Shown here: positions 29,899 to 39,015 of the stretch, one piece after another
Position numbering within the stretch: the first letter of the stretch is position 1
Layout of the letters: each line of letters starts with the position of its first letter
IMG/VR virus record: IMGVR_UViG_3300010430_000003
Location: 1 to 64,000 of that record
Reading direction: 5' to 3' (one strand)
Length of the DNA stretch: 64,000 nucleotides
Notes under the pieces: generated by a model
What the model was told of the DNA's origin: nothing
Seen by the model: only the letters and a program-made list of their open reading frames with translations
Databases searched by the model: none
Program-made: the position numbers and the translations under genes

Positions 29899-30813
29899 AT
29901 GGCATTTTTACCTAATAACGGGTCAATTATTCTTGACGCTGTTTTGACTGACGAAGGAAGGGCAAGACTAGCACGAGGAGATAACTCTTTTAAAGTTGTT
30001 AAATTTTCACTCGCAGATGATGAAATTGATTATTCATTATATCAAAAGAATCATGCATCCGGTTCTGCTTATGCAGATTTGGATATCCTCCAACTCCCAG
30101 TTATGGAAGCGTGGACGGATAATGCTGCAAGCGCTAAGTATAAGTTGATTTCAATCCCCCGCGACAACCTTCTGTATCTGCCTGTGGTGAAGTTGAATAA
30201 CGTCTATGATGGTGCTACTGCACTTCACTCTCTTGGCTTGTACGTCGCTGCTGTGGACGCTAACACCGAGACTGATTTCACGCCGAGCACACAAGGGATT
30301 ATGTATTCAGAAAATCCTGATTCTGGTGGATCATATGTTCGTGTAGATCAAGGGTTGGATACTTCTGATGTTTCTCCCAACAGACTTCTTGACAGTTCTC
30401 TTGTAGAAACACAATACATTGTATCGATTGATAATCGTCTCGGTGAAATCGTGACAAAAGATGGCAAAAATCAAGCGAGACCCTCTTTCATTGACGACGA
30501 CAATATTGCTTACTATTTCTTCTCACTTGGGACTGATGTAGATTTCGTATCTGAGAATACAATTACAACAAGCGACGGTCAGGTGATTGCAGGACCAAGA
30601 GGTACTTATTTAGAGCTTAAGTTGTTTAGTTCTTTGGAATTAAATACTAGCGAATCCTTATTTGATGATCTTGGATCAACTACAACCATGACAAATAAAA
30701 ATAACGGAACAACAAATATTAAATATATTGATTCATTTGTTAGTATTATGGGAGCTACTACTGGCTATAAAGTTGATGTTCAAGTTAGATGGATTAAAAA
30801 GTATACACCATAA
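29899..30813 (+). CDS. Putative tail/baseplate structural protein
   Basis: N-terminal LTDEGRARLA...KFSLADD resembles the N-half of tail-collar fibre (DUF3751-like) domains; AGGAG SD. Confidence 0.55.
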   Translation: MAFLPNNGSIILDAVLTDEGRARLARGDNSFKVVKFSLADDEIDYSLYQKNHASGSAYADLDILQLPVMEAWTDNAASAKYKLISIPRDNLLYLPVVKLNNVYDGATALHSLGLYVAAVDANTETDFTPSTQGIMYSENPDSGGSYVRVDQGLDTSDVSPNRLLDSSLVETQYIVSIDNRLGEIVTKDGKNQARPSFIDDDNIAYYFFSLGTDVDFVSENTITTSDGQVIAGPRGTYLELKLFSSLELNTSESLFDDLGSTTTMTNKNNGTTNIKYIDSFVSIMGATTGYKVDVQVRWIKKYTP

Positions 30814-30828
30814 GGAGTAATTGATTAG

Positions 30829-31890
30829 ATGGCTATTTATAAGAATTTAGAAAGAAAGGATATTGCTACCACAAGGCAGTTGCTGCATGAAGCAATTCCA
30901 ATTACTGGTACAATCGTTTCTGGCACTTACTCCGATGAGAATATCTTCAACTATAGTCATGGGATGTTCCAAAGTGTATACGATTACCCTTATCTGTCTT
31001 CATCAGCCAATCACTTGTTTGATATTACAGTAGGATATTCCAACAACTCATCGCTTTCCTCATCAACTAATCCTGAGAACGCCAAGAAGATTAATATTTA
31101 TAATCAGATGGCACAACTTTTAGTGGGGTATGATATTACTGGTTCAATTCTTGAATTTGACCAAGATGGAGACATTGCTGCTGGTGGAACGAAATTAAAA
31201 GAATGTGTTTTTGTTAATTTTTCAAGACTCATTCAAAAAGATGAGATCAAGAAAGGAACACTCAATCTACAGTTATATACAGGTGGAACTCTTTCTGGAG
31301 CGCTATCAGCATCAACAACTGTAACAGATTCGGGAGCGCAAAATAACTACCGCGTCAACTCTCCAGTTGGAGAATATGCGATATTATCAGCTTCCAGTGG
31401 ATTTTTCTCTGGTAATCTTGGACCAAGTGTAGGTTTGATTTATTATCAAGCTGGTGTTGCAGTGCTGACAGCTTCTCTATTTGATGTAACGGGTTCTGGT
31501 GATGCCTCACAAGACATTCAAGATTTTGGTACTTTTGCTAGTTCATCCGATATTAATGCGGTTTTAACAGGCGCAACAATTCAGCATACTTGTGATGCAT
31601 TGCGTTCAAGATGGAAAGATCTTGATTTTAACAACACTGTAGAATTGAATTCAACAATCTATTTTGTTCGCGCGAATCACAATGAGTTTAATTATTCAAG
31701 TAACCCGACTTATTTGAGTTCTTCAAAAATCCGTGTTAAGAGTACAACTCAAGACGAACCAGTAACATACATTACTACTGTTGGACTTCATGCTGCTGAT
31801 GGTGCTTTGCTGGCTACAGCTAAACTGTCAGAGCCAATCAAGAAGACCTCAAGCAATGAGATCATTCTTAGAGTAAGAACGGATTTCTAA
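30829..31890 (+). CDS. Putative tail/baseplate structural protein, paralog of 39536..40627
   Basis: C-terminal EFNYSSNPTY...ITTVGLHAADGALLATAKLSEPIKK; AAGGAG SD. Confidence 0.6.
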   Translation: MAIYKNLERKDIATTRQLLHEAIPITGTIVSGTYSDENIFNYSHGMFQSVYDYPYLSSSANHLFDITVGYSNNSSLSSSTNPENAKKINIYNQMAQLLVGYDITGSILEFDQDGDIAAGGTKLKECVFVNFSRLIQKDEIKKGTLNLQLYTGGTLSGALSASTTVTDSGAQNNYRVNSPVGEYAILSASSGFFSGNLGPSVGLIYYQAGVAVLTASLFDVTGSGDASQDIQDFGTFASSSDINAVLTGATIQHTCDALRSRWKDLDFNNTVELNSTIYFVRANHNEFNYSSNPTYLSSSKIRVKSTTQDEPVTYITTVGLHAADGALLATAKLSEPIKKTSSNEIILRVRTDF

Positions 31891-32486
31891 TGCAACATAT
31901 TATTGATAAAGAAGAAGCTCTTGTCGAACAAAATACGAGTTATCGAGAGCATCGGATGATTTCTGATCAATATAAAATTCTAGCAACAAAGTTCTATAAT
32001 AAAATTTCTCATCGTCTTTCTAAGTTTGATGGGAATTTTTTGGAAATTGGAACATTCAATGGAATGGGAACCTCTAATCTTGCCAAAGAGTTCCCCGAAA
32101 AACAATTTTATGTAATTGATCCTTTTATTGAAGATGGTAATACAGGCTATATTGTAAACTCCTCATTAACCTCGCAGAGAAGAAATGCTCTGGCAAATTT
32201 TGAAGAACTTGAAAATATAGTATTGTTTGAAATGCGAAGTGATACGTTTAAAGATAAATGGATTGACAAAGTAGAAGATATTGATGTTATTTTTATAGAC
32301 GGCTCTCATATTTATGAAGATGTTAAAAATGATTTGGAGATAGTTGATCAAGTTTTAAAAATTAGTGGATATGTTTTTGTTGATGATTATCAAATTGAAG
32401 GTGTTAAAAAAGCATGTTTAGAGTTTTTGGATTCCCATGATAATTATGATAGAGTCGAGGAAGGCGTATTTAGAAGAATTAAATAA
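31890..32486 (+). CDS. Class I SAM-dependent methyltransferase (Methyltransf_24-like)
   Basis: FLEIGTFNG (motif I), VIDPF, IFIDGSH.YEDVKND, VFVDDY. Confidence 0.85.
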   Translation: MQHIIDKEEALVEQNTSYREHRMISDQYKILATKFYNKISHRLSKFDGNFLEIGTFNGMGTSNLAKEFPEKQFYVIDPFIEDGNTGYIVNSSLTSQRRNALANFEELENIVLFEMRSDTFKDKWIDKVEDIDVIFIDGSHIYEDVKNDLEIVDQVLKISGYVFVDDYQIEGVKKACLEFLDSHDNYDRVEEGVFRRIK

Positions 32487-32497
32487 GGGTTTGATCA

Positions 32498-33586
32498 ATG
32501 GAAGAGCTTGGAGCATATGTTTGCAAAGCCAACATACCATCAGAAGGTTTAGAACATAATAGGAAAAAGAAGGGGTTTGCTCTTGGCTTTAGAGTTCTTT
32601 TTGAAGAATCTGTCAAAGACGGTGAGTTAGGGATTTTCTTCCCATTCGGTGCTGCACTGTCTGAAAAAGTAATAAATATAATCAATAACAATTTATCTTT
32701 AGCTAAAACCATTTCCATTAATAGAGTGGGGCATGTTATCCCTATTAGTTTAAATGGATCTTTTAGTGAGGGTGTTTTTATTTCAATGAAACACGCCCGA
32801 CATCTTTTTAGACAAAAAATAAATGAAGGATACAAAATTACTTCTAATAATCATTTGACTATTATTGGTAAAACAATGGATGTTTTTGCGCATGATTTGC
32901 GGAACAATCTCAAAAACCTCCCTATTGGTTCAATAGTATATTGTGTAGAGAAGATTGAAGGAAAGAATGTTGATATTGAATTTAGAAAAACAATTTTTGG
33001 AAGGATGAAATATAAGATAAATTCTGATTTGCACAAAGAAGAAGTTAAAAGAATTCTTACTAATGTTATTTTTAATGAAAAGGGAAAGATTATTATCCAC
33101 CCCAAAAATGGTGAGATTTTTAATTTTAAAATTATTGGGAGGGATGGGCATGGAACTTCTTTTAAAACTCTAGAAGTACTAAAGCCTGCCACATTAACAA
33201 AAGAATTTCAAAGAAAGATTCCATTTGATTATAATCTTAAAGATGCTGATGTATATTTAACTTCAATAAGAAGAAAGATTTCAAAAAAGGAGATAATTAA
33301 CTATACTTGGAAGGTTATTGAAAACAGAGCTTATGAAAATAATCTTAAAACAGTCCCTCTATTAAGAGAGATGAAAGTTGTTGAACATAATAAGTTGCTA
33401 ATGCAGTGTGTTGGTTTAACTGATACCCGCTCGTCAATTAACAACTTTGCTTTTAAAAAGGGCATCAATTTGTTTATTGAGCACGAAGAGAAAATAGATA
33501 GAATTCCATATTATTCATTTAAATATATTGATGCTTATTATAATTCAACCTTTCTTTGCAGAGCAAACTTTGATTTGGGTTTTTAA
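32498..33586 (+). CDS. RNA ligase-like protein (DRB0094/Rnl2-type), partly degenerate
   Basis: N-domain GELGIFFPFGAAL...ISLNGSFSEGVF; motif I VEKIEG; motif III NGEIF; motifs IV and V altered (REMKVV, LMQCV). Confidence 0.6.
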   Translation: MEELGAYVCKANIPSEGLEHNRKKKGFALGFRVLFEESVKDGELGIFFPFGAALSEKVINIINNNLSLAKTISINRVGHVIPISLNGSFSEGVFISMKHARHLFRQKINEGYKITSNNHLTIIGKTMDVFAHDLRNNLKNLPIGSIVYCVEKIEGKNVDIEFRKTIFGRMKYKINSDLHKEEVKRILTNVIFNEKGKIIIHPKNGEIFNFKIIGRDGHGTSFKTLEVLKPATLTKEFQRKIPFDYNLKDADVYLTSIRRKISKKEIINYTWKVIENRAYENNLKTVPLLREMKVVEHNKLLMQCVGLTDTRSSINNFAFKKGINLFIEHEEKIDRIPYYSFKYIDAYYNSTFLCRANFDLGF

Positions 33587-33603
33587 TGAAGAAGGATAAG
33601 TAA

Positions 33604-34029
33604 ATGGCAGGTATATGTTTTTTTTATGAGGACTCTGATGTTGATGTGTGGTCTGGTCATAATCTTGATGCGTGGAACTATGCTATTAAAGCCTCTGGTG
33701 GTATTAATAAGATAATCGTTGTAAATAAGACTGATCAAGTTCTTAACACTCCTGATGGTAATTTAGATTTTCAAGTGGTGTCTGAACTTCCGATTTTAGA
33801 GGATGCAATATATTTGGTTTGTCCATGGGAAGCTAACGAGTCATCAATCTCTCTTTGGGATTATGATCACTCCGCCGATTGGTATATTTTTGGACCTGCT
33901 CGTGGTTGGGTTTCCGAACCGAGAGAAAAGGCACAAACCATACATATTCCACAATCTGGGATTGGTGCTTTGCACTCTGTACACATAGCATCTGTTGTAA
34001 TGATGCATAGATATAAGGTTTTATTATGA
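33604..34029 (+). CDS. Minimal SPOUT-fold (TrmL/TrmH-like) methyltransferase-like protein
   Basis: WYIFGPARGW...TIHIPQSGIGALHSVHIASVVM parallels TrmL YLMFGPETRGL...IRIPM...SMNLSNAVSVVV; 141 aa single domain. Confidence 0.6.
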   Translation: MAGICFFYEDSDVDVWSGHNLDAWNYAIKASGGINKIIVVNKTDQVLNTPDGNLDFQVVSELPILEDAIYLVCPWEANESSISLWDYDHSADWYIFGPARGWVSEPREKAQTIHIPQSGIGALHSVHIASVVMMHRYKVLL

Positions 34030-35606
34030 CTGTAGTGTTAAACGACGGTGAAGTTATAAATTCGGCGGACGCAACCACAGGTTTCAATGTTGGCAACATC
34101 AGCACCGATGATGATTTCGTTGAAGGAACTGGAGCTATTGGTCTGAAAGGGTCGCTCGGCCTTAATGAAATATACACGACTTCATTGGGAGCGGGCGCCC
34201 CATATGGTTTTGATGAAGGTAGTGGTGCTGACTTTGCTAATCATATTATAATGTGGTTCAATACAAAAACTTCAGTAAACACTACCACAGGTATTCAAAT
34301 TGTTGTCGGAAATGGCACAGATCGGGGTCGGTGGAACGTTATACCTTCCGGATTTTATAAAGGGGGATTCATTACTGCTGTTATTGACCCGGCTCGGGAT
34401 TTTGATGCGATTTCAGCAGGCACATGGAATCTTACAGGGAATCCGGGCCAGCTTACTAGCATTTCTGAAGTTGGTGGTGCATTTACTACATTGACTTCTA
34501 TCATGGGTAATTTCAATAACATTCAGTTAGATCAGATGACCCTCGGTCGTGGTTTGCGAATATATGATGGATCCGCTGGTTCACCAAATACTTTCGAAGA
34601 GGCAAGAGCACAAGACGAAGATACATCATTTTGGGGGTGGTGGTCATCTAAAGCAGGAAGTATTGTCGGTAAAGGTGGCCTAACGATTGGCCCTGCAACT
34701 GGGTCTGTTTCATGCAATTTTGATTCTACTGCGGAAAGTATTGTTTTTGAAGATGAACGTGTTTCCACGAATTTTTATAACATTAATTTAGAGGGGTCGG
34801 ACACAGATGTGATGTTTGATTTGATAAGCATTAGGGCTGCCGATTCCAGTATGGCTCGTTGGAATTTTGATGCTGCCAACCGTGGCGAGCCCAAATCTTT
34901 CTCGGATACGAACGGCGTTTGGGCCGGTGCTAATACATTAGCATTTCATTCCGCCAGCACATTAACGAATACGACATTTATTGATTGTACAACCGCCACA
35001 CAGAATTCTGGGACTTTAACAGGGATCTCTGTTTTGAGTGCCGATACCACGGATGGGGTTGCTTTCCTTCAAGTTGATGCCCCTCAACTACTTACTAATT
35101 CTTCTTTTGAGTTCTCTGCAGGTCATGCAATTGAACTGACAGAACCTGGAACATCATCATTTGCTGGTAATACGTTTACTGACTATTCTGGAGCGCTGGG
35201 GTCAAATTTAACACCAGCGTCAGGTTCAACCGGTGCCGCAATTTATAATAACAGCGGGGGTGGGGTTACTTTAAACATTCCACCGGGGGATGATATACCA
35301 AGTGTTCGAAATGGTGCAGGCTCATATACAGAGATTGCTGTAGGAGTTACTCATACAACAACTGGCTTAATTTCAGGTAGTATTGTTAGATACATTCAGT
35401 TGAGTGATACTTCTGTGCTACTAGACACAGGTTCATCTGGTTTAGGAATTGTTGAATATCCATATTCATATAGTTCCGATATCGACATTTGCATTTCAGT
35501 ACTTTCATTAGAATATCAAATCGAGCAATTTGATATTACGCTTGGCAACTCAGACGCAACGCTGGTTGTGGGGCAAGATGTCGATCGCATTTACAATAAT
35601 CCATAA
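34026..35606 (+). CDS. Tail fibre/adhesin-like beta-rich protein
   Basis: Gly/Ser/Thr/Asn-rich with beta-helix-like repeats; C-terminus DRIYNNP. Confidence 0.55.
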   Translation: MTVVLNDGEVINSADATTGFNVGNISTDDDFVEGTGAIGLKGSLGLNEIYTTSLGAGAPYGFDEGSGADFANHIIMWFNTKTSVNTTTGIQIVVGNGTDRGRWNVIPSGFYKGGFITAVIDPARDFDAISAGTWNLTGNPGQLTSISEVGGAFTTLTSIMGNFNNIQLDQMTLGRGLRIYDGSAGSPNTFEEARAQDEDTSFWGWWSSKAGSIVGKGGLTIGPATGSVSCNFDSTAESIVFEDERVSTNFYNINLEGSDTDVMFDLISIRAADSSMARWNFDAANRGEPKSFSDTNGVWAGANTLAFHSASTLTNTTFIDCTTATQNSGTLTGISVLSADTTDGVAFLQVDAPQLLTNSSFEFSAGHAIELTEPGTSSFAGNTFTDYSGALGSNLTPASGSTGAAIYNNSGGGVTLNIPPGDDIPSVRNGAGSYTEIAVGVTHTTTGLISGSIVRYIQLSDTSVLLDTGSSGLGIVEYPYSYSSDIDICISVLSLEYQIEQFDITLGNSDATLVVGQDVDRIYNNP

Positions 35607-35633
35607 GATTTTAACTTTTAGAGACAAAATCAC

Positions 35634-35639
35634 TATTTA
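35634..35639 (+). promoter_or_regulatory. TATTTA late-promoter-like motif (no SD-occluding hairpin found)
   Basis: ACTATTTATA in the intergenic gap 35607-35676; the motif recurs in most long intergenic gaps. Confidence 0.5.
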
Positions 35640-35676
35640 TATATGAAATTAACTTTCATTAGAGGAAACATGAAAA

Positions 35677-37248
35677 ATGGCAAAGTTGGTCGATCCGGAT
35701 TCCCTAAACAGGGCCACAGAAATTGTATTCAATACTGGTACAAAAACAATTCAGTTGGTTGTAGCAGGCAACCTTGATGATACAGCCCCCGGTAAAACCT
35801 CTGGTGTTACCCTCCAAGCTGTTTATTCTAAATGTAAAGAGTTATGGCAGTCTGAAACTTCTGACCTCGGAAGGCTTAAGTTTCCTTTTGACCCAATTAC
35901 TGAGGTTAAATTCGATCTTATCAATACTTGGGATTGGGAAGATCAACAAACTAAAGATCTAATTCGTGACGGCGGCTGGTCGTTGCGTGATACTGCAGGT
36001 GTTGCTACCGAAGAATACATGGGCATTATTTCTCTCGGTACTATGGATGATTCTGGTGCTGATCTTGGATACTATCAACAGATTTCAGGATTTAATCAAG
36101 TAACTTCTTCTTTTGATAAGACTGGTGAAATTAACGAACCTGTTCAAATTTCTGGATCTGGTTTTGATTATGATTCATTCTTCAAGATTTATCTCCGAGA
36201 ACAAGCAAAGCTTTATGACGAGTCGAATCTTTTGAGTGATCAGGATATTACAAGTCTTGACTATACTGTTTATCGTATTCCTCTCGCAAACACTGCTGAT
36301 CCAAAAGTTACACAAACAGATGGTTATATTGATGGCAATACGCCATACACTGGTATGACCATTGATTATCTTACAGGTAGTTTATATGAAACATATACGT
36401 CAGGGACGAATTATGTAATTGGTGATGTTGTCCAAGACACAGACTTAAGGTGGTATCGTGCTAACACTGCGCACAATGGACCTGCAACACGAACACCCTC
36501 CGCTTCACTTTGGGATGCTTATATTGGCGAAAGACAAATTGGTTCGTCATATTATGCCTATAATAGAATCGTTGAAGGTAATTCGGGTTCTCTAGAAGAA
36601 ATTTATGAATTCTGTCAGAGAGAGTTAAGACGTGATGGTGAAGTAAATGATGATGTAAGTGGTGATGCTTATGGTATTGTTTCTGGTGCTATTGCCGTTC
36701 CCTTCTGTACATTTGTTGGTGACACCTTGCAAACACAGGGTGGTGTCTATATTGATAACTTTGATGTAAATGATACGAACAGAATTCAGCTTTTTGATAT
36801 TACAGTTGATGGTGGTGGTATTGATACTGAATTAGTTCCTGTAACCACAACTCAAAGAACATTCCCATTCGTTGCTGCTGGTACAATGACCTTTAATGAT
36901 GAATTAGTAAATGATGCTAATGCAACATATGTTATGTACTTCACCAATGATGATGCCGGCGATGATGCCGGCAATGATTTTGATACTATTAATGCCATTG
37001 TTGTAGAAGATAATAATGGTAATGATATCTCTGGAACAATTACTGTTTCCGATGTTGCATTTGATTTCGATTATGACGGCAATGTCCAAAGGGGTGCTAT
37101 TTCATCAGGAACAGATGCCCCAGTAACTATTGTTGCACAGGGTCTTGATGGTGCACAGTGGGTTTCCGCTGAGTTCACAATTTCAAGAGCCACTGGACTT
37201 AGTTTCCCGGTCAACGCCGCGAAAGAGCGTGTTTACAATAATCCTTAA
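35677..37248 (+). CDS. Putative virion/tail-associated protein
   Basis: Acidic, beta-rich 523 aa; C-terminus ERVYNNP shared with the previous gene. Confidence 0.55.
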   Translation: MAKLVDPDSLNRATEIVFNTGTKTIQLVVAGNLDDTAPGKTSGVTLQAVYSKCKELWQSETSDLGRLKFPFDPITEVKFDLINTWDWEDQQTKDLIRDGGWSLRDTAGVATEEYMGIISLGTMDDSGADLGYYQQISGFNQVTSSFDKTGEINEPVQISGSGFDYDSFFKIYLREQAKLYDESNLLSDQDITSLDYTVYRIPLANTADPKVTQTDGYIDGNTPYTGMTIDYLTGSLYETYTSGTNYVIGDVVQDTDLRWYRANTAHNGPATRTPSASLWDAYIGERQIGSSYYAYNRIVEGNSGSLEEIYEFCQRELRRDGEVNDDVSGDAYGIVSGAIAVPFCTFVGDTLQTQGGVYIDNFDVNDTNRIQLFDITVDGGGIDTELVPVTTTQRTFPFVAAGTMTFNDELVNDANATYVMYFTNDDAGDDAGNDFDTINAIVVEDNNGNDISGTITVSDVAFDFDYDGNVQRGAISSGTDAPVTIVAQGLDGAQWVSAEFTISRATGLSFPVNAAKERVYNNP

Positions 37249-37268
37249 TGGTTAGATGAGAGATTTAA

Positions 37269-37646
37269 ATGGCTATTACTCTTAAAGATATTAATAACTT
37301 GTTGCTGCCTGGATTTCCTCATAGATTTCGACTTGAGAAAACAAAGGCAGAGGTTAGATATCGTCTTTATCGGAAGCGCAAGGAAGCGCAGGATGGTGTC
37401 CCTTATGATCTTGAAGAATGGATAATTGATTTCTTTGAAGAACAGGAAGATTTCCTAGGATGGGAAAATTTTGCAATTTATTGGGATGTTCATTATGAAG
37501 AAGGAGTTTGGGTTACTTTTATAAGAGACCACTCTGAATATGATGAATGGAATGCAAGAGTAAGAAAATTAACTGATGTGTTGCCAATGAAAAGAAAGAT
37601 TAAACAGCAACTTAAAAAGAGTGGTAACGATGGGAGTGAAAGTTGA
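37269..37646 (+). CDS. Hypothetical protein
   Basis: 125-aa ORF in series with its neighbours. Confidence 0.6.
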   Translation: MAITLKDINNLLLPGFPHRFRLEKTKAEVRYRLYRKRKEAQDGVPYDLEEWIIDFFEEQEDFLGWENFAIYWDVHYEEGVWVTFIRDHSEYDEWNARVRKLTDVLPMKRKIKQQLKKSGNDGSES

Positions 37647-38133
37647 GTTCTTGCCCACTACAAGGGTTATTCAAGTAACGGAAGCTCCCGATCTTTCTGG
37701 TAATATTTCTATTGATTTTCAAACTGATATATATTCTGATGGAAAAGAGGATTGGCAACTTACGGGAACATTAACAGGAATGAATTTTCCTGTTCGTCCT
37801 GTTGGCGGCGATGAAATTAGTGCTGAGTTATCTCTCGGTGCCACTTTCTTCTTGCAGTATGGATGGAGAATAAGACCATATGAAGCAGATCATACATTAT
37901 TGATTGATGGTAATGTTTATACTGATGAAGGAGATTCCCCATATATCGCAACCACCGGATCATTTAATGTTCAAGTTCTTAACGCTCGGTCTAATCTAAT
38001 CGATCAGGTTGCTTCAGCAGCAGATATTGCTGATGCGGTTTGGGAAGCACCTCTTAATGAGTACCTTGATGAAAATGGTTCAATGGCATATAAAGTAATT
38101 AAGATTTCAAATGATGTTATCTTCACTAAGTAA
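37621..38133 (+). CDS. Putative virion protein
   Basis: Beta-rich, ending with ADIADAVWEAPL, a motif type seen in tail-associated proteins. Confidence 0.45.
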   Translation: MVTMGVKVEFLPTTRVIQVTEAPDLSGNISIDFQTDIYSDGKEDWQLTGTLTGMNFPVRPVGGDEISAELSLGATFFLQYGWRIRPYEADHTLLIDGNVYTDEGDSPYIATTGSFNVQVLNARSNLIDQVASAADIADAVWEAPLNEYLDENGSMAYKVIKISNDVIFTK

Positions 38134-38144
38134 GTAGGTTATAA

Positions 38145-38522
38145 ATGGCAGATAGAATTTTAAGTGTACAGTGGTTGTATTTAACACAGTCAGCAGATTT
38201 TACTTCCCCATCAGGGAGTGCTGAAATTGATATACCGTCCCCACAAGAAGTCCAGCGTTCTTGGGGTAGTTATAATACTAATGGTGCTCAATGGTTCCCC
38301 GCAGATGCTGTTACATATGTATTTGATGGAAGTAATACGGCTGATTTAGAATTGGTACAATCTGGATCAGTTGATGGACTCTCAACTGAAGGAATTAAAT
38401 TGGTTGCTGGTACAGAAAAAACAAATGGGCCATGGAGATTAAGAGGTGGACCACCTCATCATGTTTATTTGCCAACTTCTGGATCAAATCAAGTCCGAGT
38501 TACAGTGGTATTAGGTAGATAA
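38145..38522 (+). CDS. Small putative structural protein
   Basis: 125 aa, Ser/Thr/Gly-rich; TAG stop. Confidence 0.5.
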   Translation: MADRILSVQWLYLTQSADFTSPSGSAEIDIPSPQEVQRSWGSYNTNGAQWFPADAVTYVFDGSNTADLELVQSGSVDGLSTEGIKLVAGTEKTNGPWRLRGGPPHHVYLPTSGSNQVRVTVVLGR

Positions 38523-38531
38523 GGAGAGAAG

Positions 38532-38957
38532 ATGAGCAGTCACAGAAATGAACCACAATTAGGAAGTGTTGGACAATATCAGATGAGTGGCATTCCCTAT
38601 GCAACTTCTTCTTTTGATGTAAATTCTCATAGTGGTGGGGGTGGACCAACTGTTATTGAATTTCCAAATGTTACAAACTGGTTTTATGTTTCAAACCATG
38701 GAACTATAGACATTAGAGTTTCATTTTCTGAACTTGGGATTACGGGATCTGATGGCGGTGGAACAAACAACTATTTTATTATTCACAGAAGAACAGATAG
38801 TATAGCCCCTCCAGTATTTCATGCAAAGGTTTCAAGGATTTATCTGCTTGGGGATGATGGTGCAGCTACCGGTGATATTAGCATTTTCGCTGGATTGACA
38901 GGGATTGCTGGTGAGAAATTAATTACCAATTGGTCTGGTTCTATAGGCGTGGGCTAA
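38532..38957 (+). CDS. Small putative structural (decoration-like) protein
   Basis: 141 aa, beta-rich; AAGGAG SD. Confidence 0.5.
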   Translation: MSSHRNEPQLGSVGQYQMSGIPYATSSFDVNSHSGGGGPTVIEFPNVTNWFYVSNHGTIDIRVSFSELGITGSDGGGTNNYFIIHRRTDSIAPPVFHAKVSRIYLLGDDGAATGDISIFAGLTGIAGEKLITNWSGSIGVG

Positions 38958-38976
38958 TCTCTTATATTCTTATTTT

Positions 38977-39015
38977 ATCCTCTTGATGACTATTTAAGTT
39001 GCAAGAGGATTTTTT
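38977..39015 (+). promoter_or_regulatory. Hairpin enclosing TATTTA, with the SD in the 3' arm
   Basis: ATCCTCTTG (38977-85) / CAAGAGGAT (39002-10) form a perfect 9-bp inverted repeat; TATTTA at 38991-96 is in the loop; a T-run follows; ATG at 39016. Confidence 0.7.

Noticed and set aside
35643-35675. Alternative ATGAAA/TTTCAT/ATGAAA pairings around the SD of 35677
   Set aside because: Only 6-bp AU-rich stems, expected by chance, and they do not fit the promoter-in-loop layout.
36949-36972. 12-bp tandem repeat GATGATGCCGGC x2
   Set aside because: In-frame DDAG duplication inside a coding region; only two copies.
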